From positions 192,001 to 256,000 of the forward strand of contig CAWGYD010000010.1 of the NCBI GenBank assembly GCA_963826785.1: 64,000 nt of DNA, given 5' to 3'. The stretch is from an uncultured delta proteobacterium (GTDB lineage Bacteria; Desulfobacterota; Desulfobacteria; Desulfobacterales; Desulfosalsimonadaceae). Positions 39,581-48,640 of the stretch are shown piece by piece (position 1 is the stretch's first letter; each line of letters begins with the position of its first letter). The translations under genes and the position numbers were made by a program. Below the pieces are notes generated by a model, which searched no databases, had not been told where the DNA came from, and saw only the letters and a program-made list of their open reading frames with translations.

Positions 39581-42133
39581 ATGAGCCAGATTCAAACTTT
39601 TCAAGTTTATCCGAAGGTTCCCCAAAACTTTGCTTTCGCCGAAAAAATGGTCCGAAATCTCTGGTGGACCTGGTACCTGGATGCAATCGAACTCCTGCGC
39701 CGGATCGATCCCAAGTTGTGGAACCAGTCCGGACGAAACCCGATCCTGTTTTTCACCCAGGTCCCCCAGAAAAAAATGGAAGCCATGGCCGAGGATGAGG
39801 GTTTTCTGGCCCATCTGAAGCGGGTGCAGGACGCCTATCAGAAATTCGTGGAAGCGCCTGCCCGGGCTATCGATGATCCAAAATACCAGAGCGGTACGGT
39901 GGCCTACTTCTCCATGGAGTACGGCGTGCACGAGAGCCTTCCGCTGTTTGCCGGGGGATTGGGAATACTGGCGGGTGATCATCTGAAAGCGGCCTCGGAC
40001 CGGGGAGAGCCGATCGTGGGGGTCGGTCTGCTCTACCGGCTGGGATATTTTCACCAGTACCTGGACCAGAACGGATGGCAGCAGGAGGAATACCCGGAAA
40101 CCGATCTATATCAACTGCCGATTTCCCGGGCGAGGGACACCCAGGGCAAGGAACTGCATATCACCGTCCCGGGTCCGGACGGCGATATCCACGCACAGGT
40201 CCTGCGGATCATGATCGGGCGGGTTCCACTGTTTCTGCTCGATACCAATGTCACCGAAAACAGTGTCGAAAATCGAAACATCACCTCCCGGCTCTACATC
40301 GCCGAAGCGAAAAACCGGCTGGCCCAGGAAGTGCTGCTGGGCATCGGCGGCATGAAGGCACTGGATGCCATGGGCATCCATCCCCAGGTGTGCCATCTCA
40401 ATGAAGGTCACTGCTCCTTCGTGGTGATCGAACGACTGGCCCAGATGGTGCAGCATCACCAGATCGACCTGAAAACCGCCATGGAAGTGGTCCCCCGCAC
40501 CATGGTGTTCACCACCCACACTCCGGTGGCGGCCGGTCACGATGAATTCCCGGTGGATATGGTCAAACCCTACCTGAGGGAATACGAACAGAGGCTTGAC
40601 ACCTCCATCGACAACATCATCTCCTGGGGCCAGACCGGAAACCCTGGCGACCACCCGCCTTTCTCCATGTTTGCGCTGGGGCTGCGTATGGCCCATTACT
40701 GCAACGGTGTCAGCGAACTGCATGGCCGTGTGGCCCGGCGCATGTGGACCGGCGTGTGGCCGGGACGGCCCGAAAACGAAATTCCCATCCGCCACATCAC
40801 CAATGGCGTGCATATCCCCTCCTGGATATCCGTGGACAACTGGACCCTGTTCGACCGCTACATCGGCCCTGACTGGTTTCAGACCGCCTGGAAAAACCCC
40901 CAGGTCATCGACCGGATCGACGACATTTATGACGAAGAGCTGTGGCGTTCCCATGAATTGAGCCGTGCCCGCATGATCCGCGTCTGCAGGAGCCTGATGA
41001 TGCGACAGTACGGCAGGCGAAACGCCCCCAAATCCCAGATGGAAGACGCCGCCTCTGTGCTGGATCATGACGCACTGACCATCGGATTCGCCCGCCGTTT
41101 TGCTACTTACAAACGGGCTTACCTGCTGCTGAGGGACCCGGCCCGACTGGAGTCGCTGCTTACCTCCCGGGAATTTCCGGTGCAGTTCGTATTTGCCGGA
41201 AAAGCCCATCCACGGGACAATGAAGGCAAGGAACTGATCCGCCGCATCGTCGATTTCGCCCGGAAGGCCAACGTCCGGAACCGGTTTATTTTTCTCGAAG
41301 ACTATGATCCGTATATTGCCCGGCACCTGGTTCAGGGGTGCGACATCTGGCTCAATACGCCCCGGCGCCCCTATGAAGCCTGCGGCACATCGGGCATCAA
41401 AGCCGCCGCAAACGGGGTGCTCAATGTGAGCATCCTGGACGGATGGTGGTGCGAAGGGTATTCCAGCGACACCGGGTTCAAGATCGGCAACGGGGAGGAA
41501 TACGACGACTGGGATTATCAGGACGACGTGGAATGCCAGGCGGTGTTCAACGTGCTGGAAAACGAGGTGATCCCGAAGTTTTATGACCGCAGGAACGGGG
41601 ACGCCCCTGCCGAATGGATCCGGATGATGAAAGCCTCCATGAAAATGGCGATGCATCGGTTCTGCGCACACGAAATGGTGGAAAAATATGCGACACTTTC
41701 CTACCTTCCGGCATCCCGGCAGTTTCACCGGCTCCTGGAGAAAGACGCAGCCGAAGCCCACCGCTTGCGGGATCTTCGTGCTCACCTGCTGAAACACTGG
41801 CCCGGAATCCGCATCAGCCGCCCGGAACGAAATACGGACGGTCCTTTCCGGGTGGGGGATCAATTTACGGTCACCGCCTCTGTTTTTTTAGGGGAGATTT
41901 TACCCGAAGAAGTGGATGTGGAGGTCTGCTACGGAAGGATGAAAACGCTGGACCGGCTCGATCCCCTGCACAACCAGAAGATGGAGGTCAAGGAAGACAG
42001 GGGCGGCGGCGCATACCTGTATTTCGCTCAACTGACCTGCCAGATATCCGGCCGATACGGTCTGACCGCCCGGATTTCCCCCAGCGGGGATGATTTCCTG
42101 AAATCGGCGCCGGGAATGCTGACATGGGCGTAA
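39581..42133 (+). CDS. glgP: Alpha-glucan (glycogen) phosphorylase
   Basis: YFSMEYG, GGLGILAGDH, HLNEGH, ARRFATYKR, EACGTSGIK. Confidence 0.96.
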   Translation: MSQIQTFQVYPKVPQNFAFAEKMVRNLWWTWYLDAIELLRRIDPKLWNQSGRNPILFFTQVPQKKMEAMAEDEGFLAHLKRVQDAYQKFVEAPARAIDDPKYQSGTVAYFSMEYGVHESLPLFAGGLGILAGDHLKAASDRGEPIVGVGLLYRLGYFHQYLDQNGWQQEEYPETDLYQLPISRARDTQGKELHITVPGPDGDIHAQVLRIMIGRVPLFLLDTNVTENSVENRNITSRLYIAEAKNRLAQEVLLGIGGMKALDAMGIHPQVCHLNEGHCSFVVIERLAQMVQHHQIDLKTAMEVVPRTMVFTTHTPVAAGHDEFPVDMVKPYLREYEQRLDTSIDNIISWGQTGNPGDHPPFSMFALGLRMAHYCNGVSELHGRVARRMWTGVWPGRPENEIPIRHITNGVHIPSWISVDNWTLFDRYIGPDWFQTAWKNPQVIDRIDDIYDEELWRSHELSRARMIRVCRSLMMRQYGRRNAPKSQMEDAASVLDHDALTIGFARRFATYKRAYLLLRDPARLESLLTSREFPVQFVFAGKAHPRDNEGKELIRRIVDFARKANVRNRFIFLEDYDPYIARHLVQGCDIWLNTPRRPYEACGTSGIKAAANGVLNVSILDGWWCEGYSSDTGFKIGNGEEYDDWDYQDDVECQAVFNVLENEVIPKFYDRRNGDAPAEWIRMMKASMKMAMHRFCAHEMVEKYATLSYLPASRQFHRLLEKDAAEAHRLRDLRAHLLKHWPGIRISRPERNTDGPFRVGDQFTVTASVFLGEILPEEVDVEVCYGRMKTLDRLDPLHNQKMEVKEDRGGGAYLYFAQLTCQISGRYGLTARISPSGDDFLKSAPGMLTWA

Positions 42134-42228
42134 AACGGTGCCTGGACGATTTGCGTATCTTTCTCTACCGCAAAAGGATCTAAGGCGCTTGTTTAAATAA
42201 TTGTATTCTTCTGTTTCCGCAGGTCCAA

Positions 42229-42270
42229 CACCCCCCTCAGTCCCCCCTCAAGGGGGGAATTAAAGGGGGA
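42229..42270. repeat. C-run/G-run palindromic intergenic element (REP-like)
   Basis: CACCCCCCTCAG-TCCCCCCT-CA-AGGGGGGA-ATTAAAGGGGGA. Confidence 0.6.
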
Positions 42271-42348
42271 TTATACCGGCGGCAGCCGTTATGATTCGCA
42301 AGTTCAAAGGTTAACTATTTTCAAATTTTGGATTTTGAATAAATTATT

Positions 42349-43866
42349 ATGGCAAAAATTAAACCGAAAAATCCGCGGATACTGATTGTCACGCCTGAAA
42401 CCACCTATCTTCCCGAAGGGATGGGAAACCTGGCCAACAGCATGACCGCCAAGGCCGGCGGGCTGGCGGACGTGTCCGCCTCCCTGATCAGTTCCCTGTT
42501 CACCCTGGGTGCGGACGTGCATGTGGCGCTTCCGGATTACCGGGCCATGTTCGACACCCAGATGGATCCGGTGCTTCGGCGGCAGCGGCACATCATCCGT
42601 TCCACCATGCCCCAGGACCGGGTGCACCTGGCCGAAGACCGGGCCTTTTTCTATCTTCACAACGTGTATTCGAGCTACGGGTGGGAGAATATGCGGATTT
42701 CACTGGCATTCCAGCGGGAGGTGATGAACCACATCGTTCCGAGGGTCAAACCGGACCTGATCCACTGCAATGACTGGATGACCGCCCTGGTCCCCGCCAT
42801 GGCCCGGCGGATGGAAGTGCCGTGCCTGTTCACGCTGCACAACATCCATACGGTAAAGGCCACCCTGGAGCATATCGAGGACCGGGGAATCGATGCGGCC
42901 TACTTCTGGGATCATCTGTATTATGAGTTTCCGGGCGACGAATATGAAGCCATCCGGGAGAATGACCCGGTTGATTTTCTCACCAGCGGTGTTTTCGCCT
43001 CCCATTATGTGAATACGGTCAGTCCCACGTTTTTAAGGGAGATCGTCAACGGCTGGCATGATTTCGTCCCCCCTTCCCTGCGTCAGGAATTGAGAAACAA
43101 ATGGTACGCGGATTGCGGCCTGGGGATATTGAATGCACCGGATCCCAGTTTCAATCCGGCCACGGATGCCGCCCTGGCCCGCCGGTATACGGCAGATGAT
43201 CACGTGGCGGGCAAATTGGAAAACAAGCGGCACCTTCAGCGGACGCTGGGGCTGGTGCGTGATGACAAGGCCCCTGTTTTTTTCTGGCCGTCACGCCTGG
43301 ATAACCTTCAGAAAGGCTGCCAGCTACTGGCGGAAATTCTCTACCACGTGGTCAGCACGTTCTGGTCCCGGAACCTGCAGGTGGTTTTCGTGGCCAATGG
43401 AAGTTTTAAAAAGCATTTCGTGGACATCGTCAATTATCACGGCATCGAAAACCGGGTGGCGGTCTGTGAATTCGACGAAAACCTCTCCCGGATCGCCTAT
43501 GCGGGCGCGGACTTCGTCCTGATGCCCTCGCTTTTTGAACCGTGCGGCCTGCCCCAGATGATTGCGCCGATTTACGGCACCCTGCCGGTGGCCCGGGATA
43601 CCGGCGGAATTCACGACACGGTCACCCATTTTCACCCCGAGACGGATACCGGAAATGGCTTCCTGTTCGAAACCTATGATTCCGGCGGCCTGTTCTGGGC
43701 GATCCAGCAGGCCATCCACCGATTCTACGATCTGCCGCCCGATCAGCGGGCAGCGCACATCCGGCGGATCATGGACCATGCCATCAATACCTTCAACAAC
43801 GATGTCAATGCCCGCCAGTACATGGATCTATACGAACGGATGCTGCAGCGCCCGCTGATCAATTGA
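42349..43866 (+). CDS. glgA: Glycogen synthase (GT5)
   Basis: KAGGLADV, IHCNDW, FTLHN, TVSPT, MPSLFEPCGLPQM, TGGIHDTV. Confidence 0.92.
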   Translation: MAKIKPKNPRILIVTPETTYLPEGMGNLANSMTAKAGGLADVSASLISSLFTLGADVHVALPDYRAMFDTQMDPVLRRQRHIIRSTMPQDRVHLAEDRAFFYLHNVYSSYGWENMRISLAFQREVMNHIVPRVKPDLIHCNDWMTALVPAMARRMEVPCLFTLHNIHTVKATLEHIEDRGIDAAYFWDHLYYEFPGDEYEAIRENDPVDFLTSGVFASHYVNTVSPTFLREIVNGWHDFVPPSLRQELRNKWYADCGLGILNAPDPSFNPATDAALARRYTADDHVAGKLENKRHLQRTLGLVRDDKAPVFFWPSRLDNLQKGCQLLAEILYHVVSTFWSRNLQVVFVANGSFKKHFVDIVNYHGIENRVAVCEFDENLSRIAYAGADFVLMPSLFEPCGLPQMIAPIYGTLPVARDTGGIHDTVTHFHPETDTGNGFLFETYDSGGLFWAIQQAIHRFYDLPPDQRAAHIRRIMDHAINTFNNDVNARQYMDLYERMLQRPLIN

Positions 43867-43913
43867 GGGATAAGAAAAAATCACGACTCCCCTGCCGCAG
43901 CGTTCTACAAGCG

Positions 43914-45242
43914 CTATTTCTCTCTGGCAGGGGTTTTTTCAGAAATATCCTCGCGCTCCTGGACGATGTGGGCGATGGCAGCGGCCTTTTCGGACAGCAT
44001 TTCCCATTCGATGCGGATGCGGCGCAGGAGTTTGTCCCACATGTCCTCTTCCTCCACCCGCAAATGGCAGCGGTTCTGAACCAGACATTCCATGGCAATG
44101 GCCGATTCATACAGACGCGCCAGCTTCCCGGAACATCTCTCCCGTGAAAATTCGGCCGCTGTTTTCGAAATGTGGGCTTGCCATTGATGCCTAAGATTCT
44201 GATCGCTGAAAAAATTGATGATGGCCGCCGAAAAAGAATCGGTATCCGCATCCGGGGGAAGCAGCCGGCCGTTTTCGCCTTCCGCCACCACCTCCCGCGC
44301 CCCGGAGGCATCCAGCGCGATTACGGGTTTTCCAGCGGCCATGGCTTCAGCCAGGACCATCCCCTGGGTCTCCGATTTTGAAGAAAATACGAACAGATCC
44401 ATGGCGGCATAGGCATCATAAAGATCCGGTCCGGTCAGTTTGCCGGTCAGGATGAGCCGGTCTTCTAATTTCATTTCCCTGAAGATATCCTTAACCTCGG
44501 ATTGGCTCGGTCCGGAACCGACCACCAGGAAGCGGGCGGACGGCATCGCTTTTACGGCGGTCGCCGCCGCTCGTGCCAGGTAGGCCAGATTCTTTTCCGG
44601 TGCCAGTCGGCCCACGTGCCCCATCACCTGCGCATCTTTGCCGATTCCCGTTTTTTGCCGAAACCGGCTGCCATTTCCGGTTTGAAACACACGCGTATCA
44701 ATCCCTGTGGGGATTACGGCAATTGGAGATATCACGCCCCTTTCTTCAATCAGCTTGGCGATGGATTCACTGGGCGCAATCACCTGGGAGCACATGTTTG
44801 CGTACTCGGTGGAAAGATGAATCACGAACCGCTTCATGGCCGCCGAATCGGCTGGTACGTAATGGGTGTACTCTTCATACCGGGTATGATGGGTAAACAC
44901 CAGGGGCAGCTTCAACCGAAAAGCCGTTCGCATGCCCGCATCCCCCATGATGTAGGGGTGATGGCTGTGAATCAGGTCCGGCTTGAAGTCATCGATCTTG
45001 TCGGCAATGATAAAGGGGATGGGAATTCTGACGGAAAAGTCGCCCCCTGAAAAATTCTGGATGGCGGGCACCCGGAGAATTTCTTCGGCATTTTCTTCAC
45101 TCGAATCCGAATTCTTAAAGGTCGGCGCAACGATCAGCACCTTATGCCCCATCTGCCGGAGGTCTTGTGCAAACGCCGCCACTGAATTGGCCACACCGCC
45201 AACGTGGGGCAGATAGGTATTGGTGAACATGCATATTCTCAT
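43914..45242 (-). CDS. GT4 glycosyltransferase
   Basis: FTNTYLPHVGGV, HSHHP, GRLAPEKN, ETQGMVLAEAMAAG. Confidence 0.9.
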   Translation of the reverse strand: MRICMFTNTYLPHVGGVANSVAAFAQDLRQMGHKVLIVAPTFKNSDSSEENAEEILRVPAIQNFSGGDFSVRIPIPFIIADKIDDFKPDLIHSHHPYIMGDAGMRTAFRLKLPLVFTHHTRYEEYTHYVPADSAAMKRFVIHLSTEYANMCSQVIAPSESIAKLIEERGVISPIAVIPTGIDTRVFQTGNGSRFRQKTGIGKDAQVMGHVGRLAPEKNLAYLARAAATAVKAMPSARFLVVGSGPSQSEVKDIFREMKLEDRLILTGKLTGPDLYDAYAAMDLFVFSSKSETQGMVLAEAMAAGKPVIALDASGAREVVAEGENGRLLPPDADTDSFSAAIINFFSDQNLRHQWQAHISKTAAEFSRERCSGKLARLYESAIAMECLVQNRCHLRVEEEDMWDKLLRRIRIEWEMLSEKAAAIAHIVQEREDISEKTPAREK

Positions 45243-47506
45243 GCAGCCGAAGCCTCCTGAAGGCAAATATAATGGGTTGAAAAATCGGTGATCTGCAAAG
45301 CCAGATACCCCGGGACGGAGACGGACAGATAGGAAAGCCCTTCTTCATATTTCGGAAAATCTTCGTTCCACCGCAGTTCCAGTCCGTTTTCGGACGGGGT
45401 AAACCGCACGGAAATGGGGCCGTAGGGCGTGGGCGTCGGACCGAATTCAACGGATGCCCCGGTTTCGAGCCATTCGGGAAAAATGCCGGCGCCCAGCACC
45501 AAACCGTTTTTCTCTTCGCGAACAAAGAGATGGCGGATCATCATGATCCATTCAGCAGCGGCCCACGCATGCTGGCCGTCGCCCATGCAGCCGCCCAGGG
45601 TAATGGGATGGATGGCTTCGGGCCACTGGCCGGTGGGGGAAGCCAGCCCGGCCACATCTTTTACCAGCTGCCGGTAACGCCCGTCCCCTTTCCGCAGCAG
45701 CGTCTGGGCAATGGCCAGCGTCAGATAGGCATTCAGGCCGGAATGAATCATGTCCTGAAAAAATGCGCCTTTATGAAAGCAATGGGCCATGAGGAACTCG
45801 GCGGTTTTTAAAATCCGGTCATCGCCGGATTCGATCAGCTGAAGGGGATAATCGGCCACCATGGAGCCGATGGCACCGGCATCCATGCGGCGGTAGGGGG
45901 TGGCCGGGATTGCACCGCCGCACGCTTCGGCGGAGGCGTTCACGCTGGAGAAAATGCATTTTTCGAAATGATCCGCTTCCGTTTCAAACCGCTGCTGATG
46001 ACGGTATGTTCCAAACCGGCCGGCCAGGCGCCCGGCGGCCCTCAGACCGGCCAGCCCCCAGAAATCATCCCAGTAATAAAAATCATTGGGGCCCAGGTGC
46101 TCTGCGGAGAAACCGGCCGGAAGCAGCCCATGGTGCGCAGATGAGCGGCTTTTCCGATCCCGCTTGTTCCGGATCCATTCCGCGCCTTTAATGACCGCTT
46201 CCATCCATTGACTGCTGATGTCCTGCCGGGACAGCTGATGGTAACGGTCGATGATCCATAGGACCTGACCGTTTGAATCCCATTCGCCATCCTGGGAGTG
46301 AAAATACCCGGTTCGCTTCTGGCGCTCCGGAAAGGAATTGAGCAGCCGATAGACCCGGCCGGTCAATCCCAGCGCCAGCAGGGCATTGATCATCAGGCAG
46401 GCATCCCTGAACCAGAACCGGCGGTAGGTGTACGGTCCCGGGTAGATCTCTTCGGCGCTCATCAGCACCAGGCTCCGGACGGCCGCATCATAGAGAAATT
46501 TCATCCGTTCATCCGGAATGTCAAGGGCGGCTGCCCGGCGGATATACTTGGACCATGAATCGTCCGAAGAAAATTTCAATCCGCTCTTCCGGGGCAGACC
46601 TTCGCTGAGGCCGATTTTCAAATCGATGGTTTTGGTATGCCCCGGCCGCAGGCGGAACAGGGCAGCGGATGTGGCCATGCCCACATCGCAGGAGATGGAA
46701 AATCGTGGAGGGACAATATCCAGCCGGTTTAATACATCTCCCTGATGATAATTTGAAAATGCGACCCGCTCCGGCTTTTCGCTCATCGAAATCACGGTCC
46801 GGGAGTTGACCTCCAATCCCGGCAGCTTGGAATTCAACTTGATCTTTTCGATAAACTGAACCCCTTCGGGATTATAGGGCCGAATGGCCGCCGCCAGCAT
46901 CCCGCTGCTGCCCGAACATGCGGAAGCGGAAATTTCCAATACCGGCGCACCGTTTTCGATCTCGAGGCGGACATGGGTGATCAGCTGCATGCCACCTTTT
47001 TCGCACCTTGTTTGAACTGCCAGGTTGGGATGCAGGATCCACTGCTGGTGAGCGTCCGGCTGCCGGGAAGGATAGAGTTCGCCCTCTTCGGACAGGACCC
47101 AGAAATCAATGGACCAGCCGTCAAAAAGGGGAGTGATCAGTCCCCGGGGGTCCACAATGGGATATAGCGGCAGTTCCGGGTGACCCACCGCCGTCCAGTT
47201 CCGGTGGGTCAGGTTGATGTGGCTGAATGAAAAAGCGCGGGGAATGAACGATTCATCCCGGGGGTTGAATTGTTTCTCGACCCAGTAGGGCCACAGCCAG
47301 TCCAGATTGTGCTGAATCGCCTTGGTGTTGATCAGGCCGCGCGCGTGAAAGGCAATGCCCGCACGGATCAGTTCGATGGGTTCCTGCACCTCCGAGGGCT
47401 GGGCAAACTGCCGCAGCCGGGCGAGAAACATGATCGGATCGATAAAACCGTAAGCCCTGGCGGTTCTTTGAATCAAAAACCGCCAGGGAATCCATTTTTT
47501 CAACAA
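45239..47506 (-). CDS. Six-hairpin (alpha/alpha)6 glycosidase-like protein
   Basis: YRRFWFRDA, EWDSNGQ, SAEH...YYWDDFW, WPEAIHP, GDGQHAWA; ATGA-coupled to the GT4 gene. Confidence 0.65.
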   Translation of the reverse strand: MLKKWIPWRFLIQRTARAYGFIDPIMFLARLRQFAQPSEVQEPIELIRAGIAFHARGLINTKAIQHNLDWLWPYWVEKQFNPRDESFIPRAFSFSHINLTHRNWTAVGHPELPLYPIVDPRGLITPLFDGWSIDFWVLSEEGELYPSRQPDAHQQWILHPNLAVQTRCEKGGMQLITHVRLEIENGAPVLEISASACSGSSGMLAAAIRPYNPEGVQFIEKIKLNSKLPGLEVNSRTVISMSEKPERVAFSNYHQGDVLNRLDIVPPRFSISCDVGMATSAALFRLRPGHTKTIDLKIGLSEGLPRKSGLKFSSDDSWSKYIRRAAALDIPDERMKFLYDAAVRSLVLMSAEEIYPGPYTYRRFWFRDACLMINALLALGLTGRVYRLLNSFPERQKRTGYFHSQDGEWDSNGQVLWIIDRYHQLSRQDISSQWMEAVIKGAEWIRNKRDRKSRSSAHHGLLPAGFSAEHLGPNDFYYWDDFWGLAGLRAAGRLAGRFGTYRHQQRFETEADHFEKCIFSSVNASAEACGGAIPATPYRRMDAGAIGSMVADYPLQLIESGDDRILKTAEFLMAHCFHKGAFFQDMIHSGLNAYLTLAIAQTLLRKGDGRYRQLVKDVAGLASPTGQWPEAIHPITLGGCMGDGQHAWAAAEWIMMIRHLFVREEKNGLVLGAGIFPEWLETGASVEFGPTPTPYGPISVRFTPSENGLELRWNEDFPKYEEGLSYLSVSVPGYLALQITDFSTHYICLQEASAA

Positions 47507-47525
47507 AACGCGTCACCTTCACCTG

Positions 47526-48020
47526 CTACTGATTTTTCCCTGGTGTTTTCTGCTCCGGGCTGTCGCCATTTTCCTTCTTTTCGTTTTTGAAATACAGAGA
47601 TTCAAATTCATTCACCAGTTTGCGCAGCCGCTCCACATGAGTCAAATCGGTGGTCTGCTTGCTCAGCATGGCCTGAATCAGCATTTCATGAAGCTGCTGG
47701 AGCTTTTGCACATAATTTTCATCATCGGGTTTCACCCGCTGGGTCATGAAATAATCAGACACGGTTTCCTGTATCTTGTCGGCGTGGATCTCTTTATCGT
47801 CGATCCATCGAACCAATTGATTGTAGTTGATATTTTTTTCTTTTTGCAAAGAGGTGATTGAGTTCATGGCCTTTTCGATGGTGGTGATATCTTCCCGGAT
47901 CATATCGATCCGCATATGGTCGTCATATATGCCGCAGGGAAGCTGACAATGCGCCCACGCCTGGCCGCCTGAGAATAAAAATAGTATTGCGATCAAGATC
48001 ATCTGAAACTTGGTTTTCAT
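47526..48020 (-). CDS. sodN: Nickel superoxide dismutase with Sec signal peptide
   Basis: Ni-hook HCQLPCGIYD directly after signal peptide ...QAWA; RBS GGAGG. Confidence 0.9.
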   Translation of the reverse strand: MKTKFQMILIAILFLFSGGQAWAHCQLPCGIYDDHMRIDMIREDITTIEKAMNSITSLQKEKNINYNQLVRWIDDKEIHADKIQETVSDYFMTQRVKPDDENYVQKLQQLHEMLIQAMLSKQTTDLTHVERLRKLVNEFESLYFKNEKKENGDSPEQKTPGKNQ

Positions 48021-48178
48021 GTGCTTACCTCCATTTCCATGGTCAGGTTTAAAACATAGAAACCAGCGGATACTTTTGCGGTTTCGGCCCACCGATTTTT
48101 CCTTACATTTTTTTTGTATCCATGCGATCGGTTCCACCGGCGGCCGGATTCATCAATTCTCGGGGTCAGGCCGCGGGG

Positions 48179-48532
48179 TCAGGCGCATGCCGGTATTTCC
48201 GGAATATATTCCGTCCGCACCGGTGAAAATACCTCCACTGCCACCGAATCTTCCAGAACCGTGGCGCCATGGATGCAGTCTCCGGGAACGCACCAGGCGT
48301 CGCCGGCCGAAACGACCCGGGTTTCGGCACCGACCGTCAATTCCAGCTTGCCCGTAAGCAGGTACCCCGTCTGCTCATGGGGATGCCGATGCATGGGCAG
48401 AACGCTTCCCGCTTCCAGAATGAATTCCGTCATCAGGGTATTTTTGCCGTAAACCAACGTTTTCTGGCGGATGCCGCTGATGGGGCAGTGGTATCCGGCG
48501 TCATCTTTTTGATAAAACACTTTGGTTATCAC
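48179..48532 (-). CDS. Cupin domain protein
   Basis: PMHRHPHEQTGY, GD...VP...HG, EVFSPVR. Confidence 0.9.
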   Translation of the reverse strand: MITKVFYQKDDAGYHCPISGIRQKTLVYGKNTLMTEFILEAGSVLPMHRHPHEQTGYLLTGKLELTVGAETRVVSAGDAWCVPGDCIHGATVLEDSVAVEVFSPVRTEYIPEIPACA

Positions 48533-48640
48533 TCCCGTCGTTTAAAAGGTTCCGGCGGAAGCGGGCGCATTTGATCTAAAATCATAGGGATTTCCATGTT
48601 GATGTCAAACCGGATCCCGCCCGCGAACCGCAGTTATGCG

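Noticed and set aside
40106..41863. 585-aa antisense ORF, and similar long ones at 15088..16413, 27745..28968 and 61483..62622
   Set aside because: Shadow ORFs opposite well-supported genes in GC-rich DNA, with no recognisable motifs.
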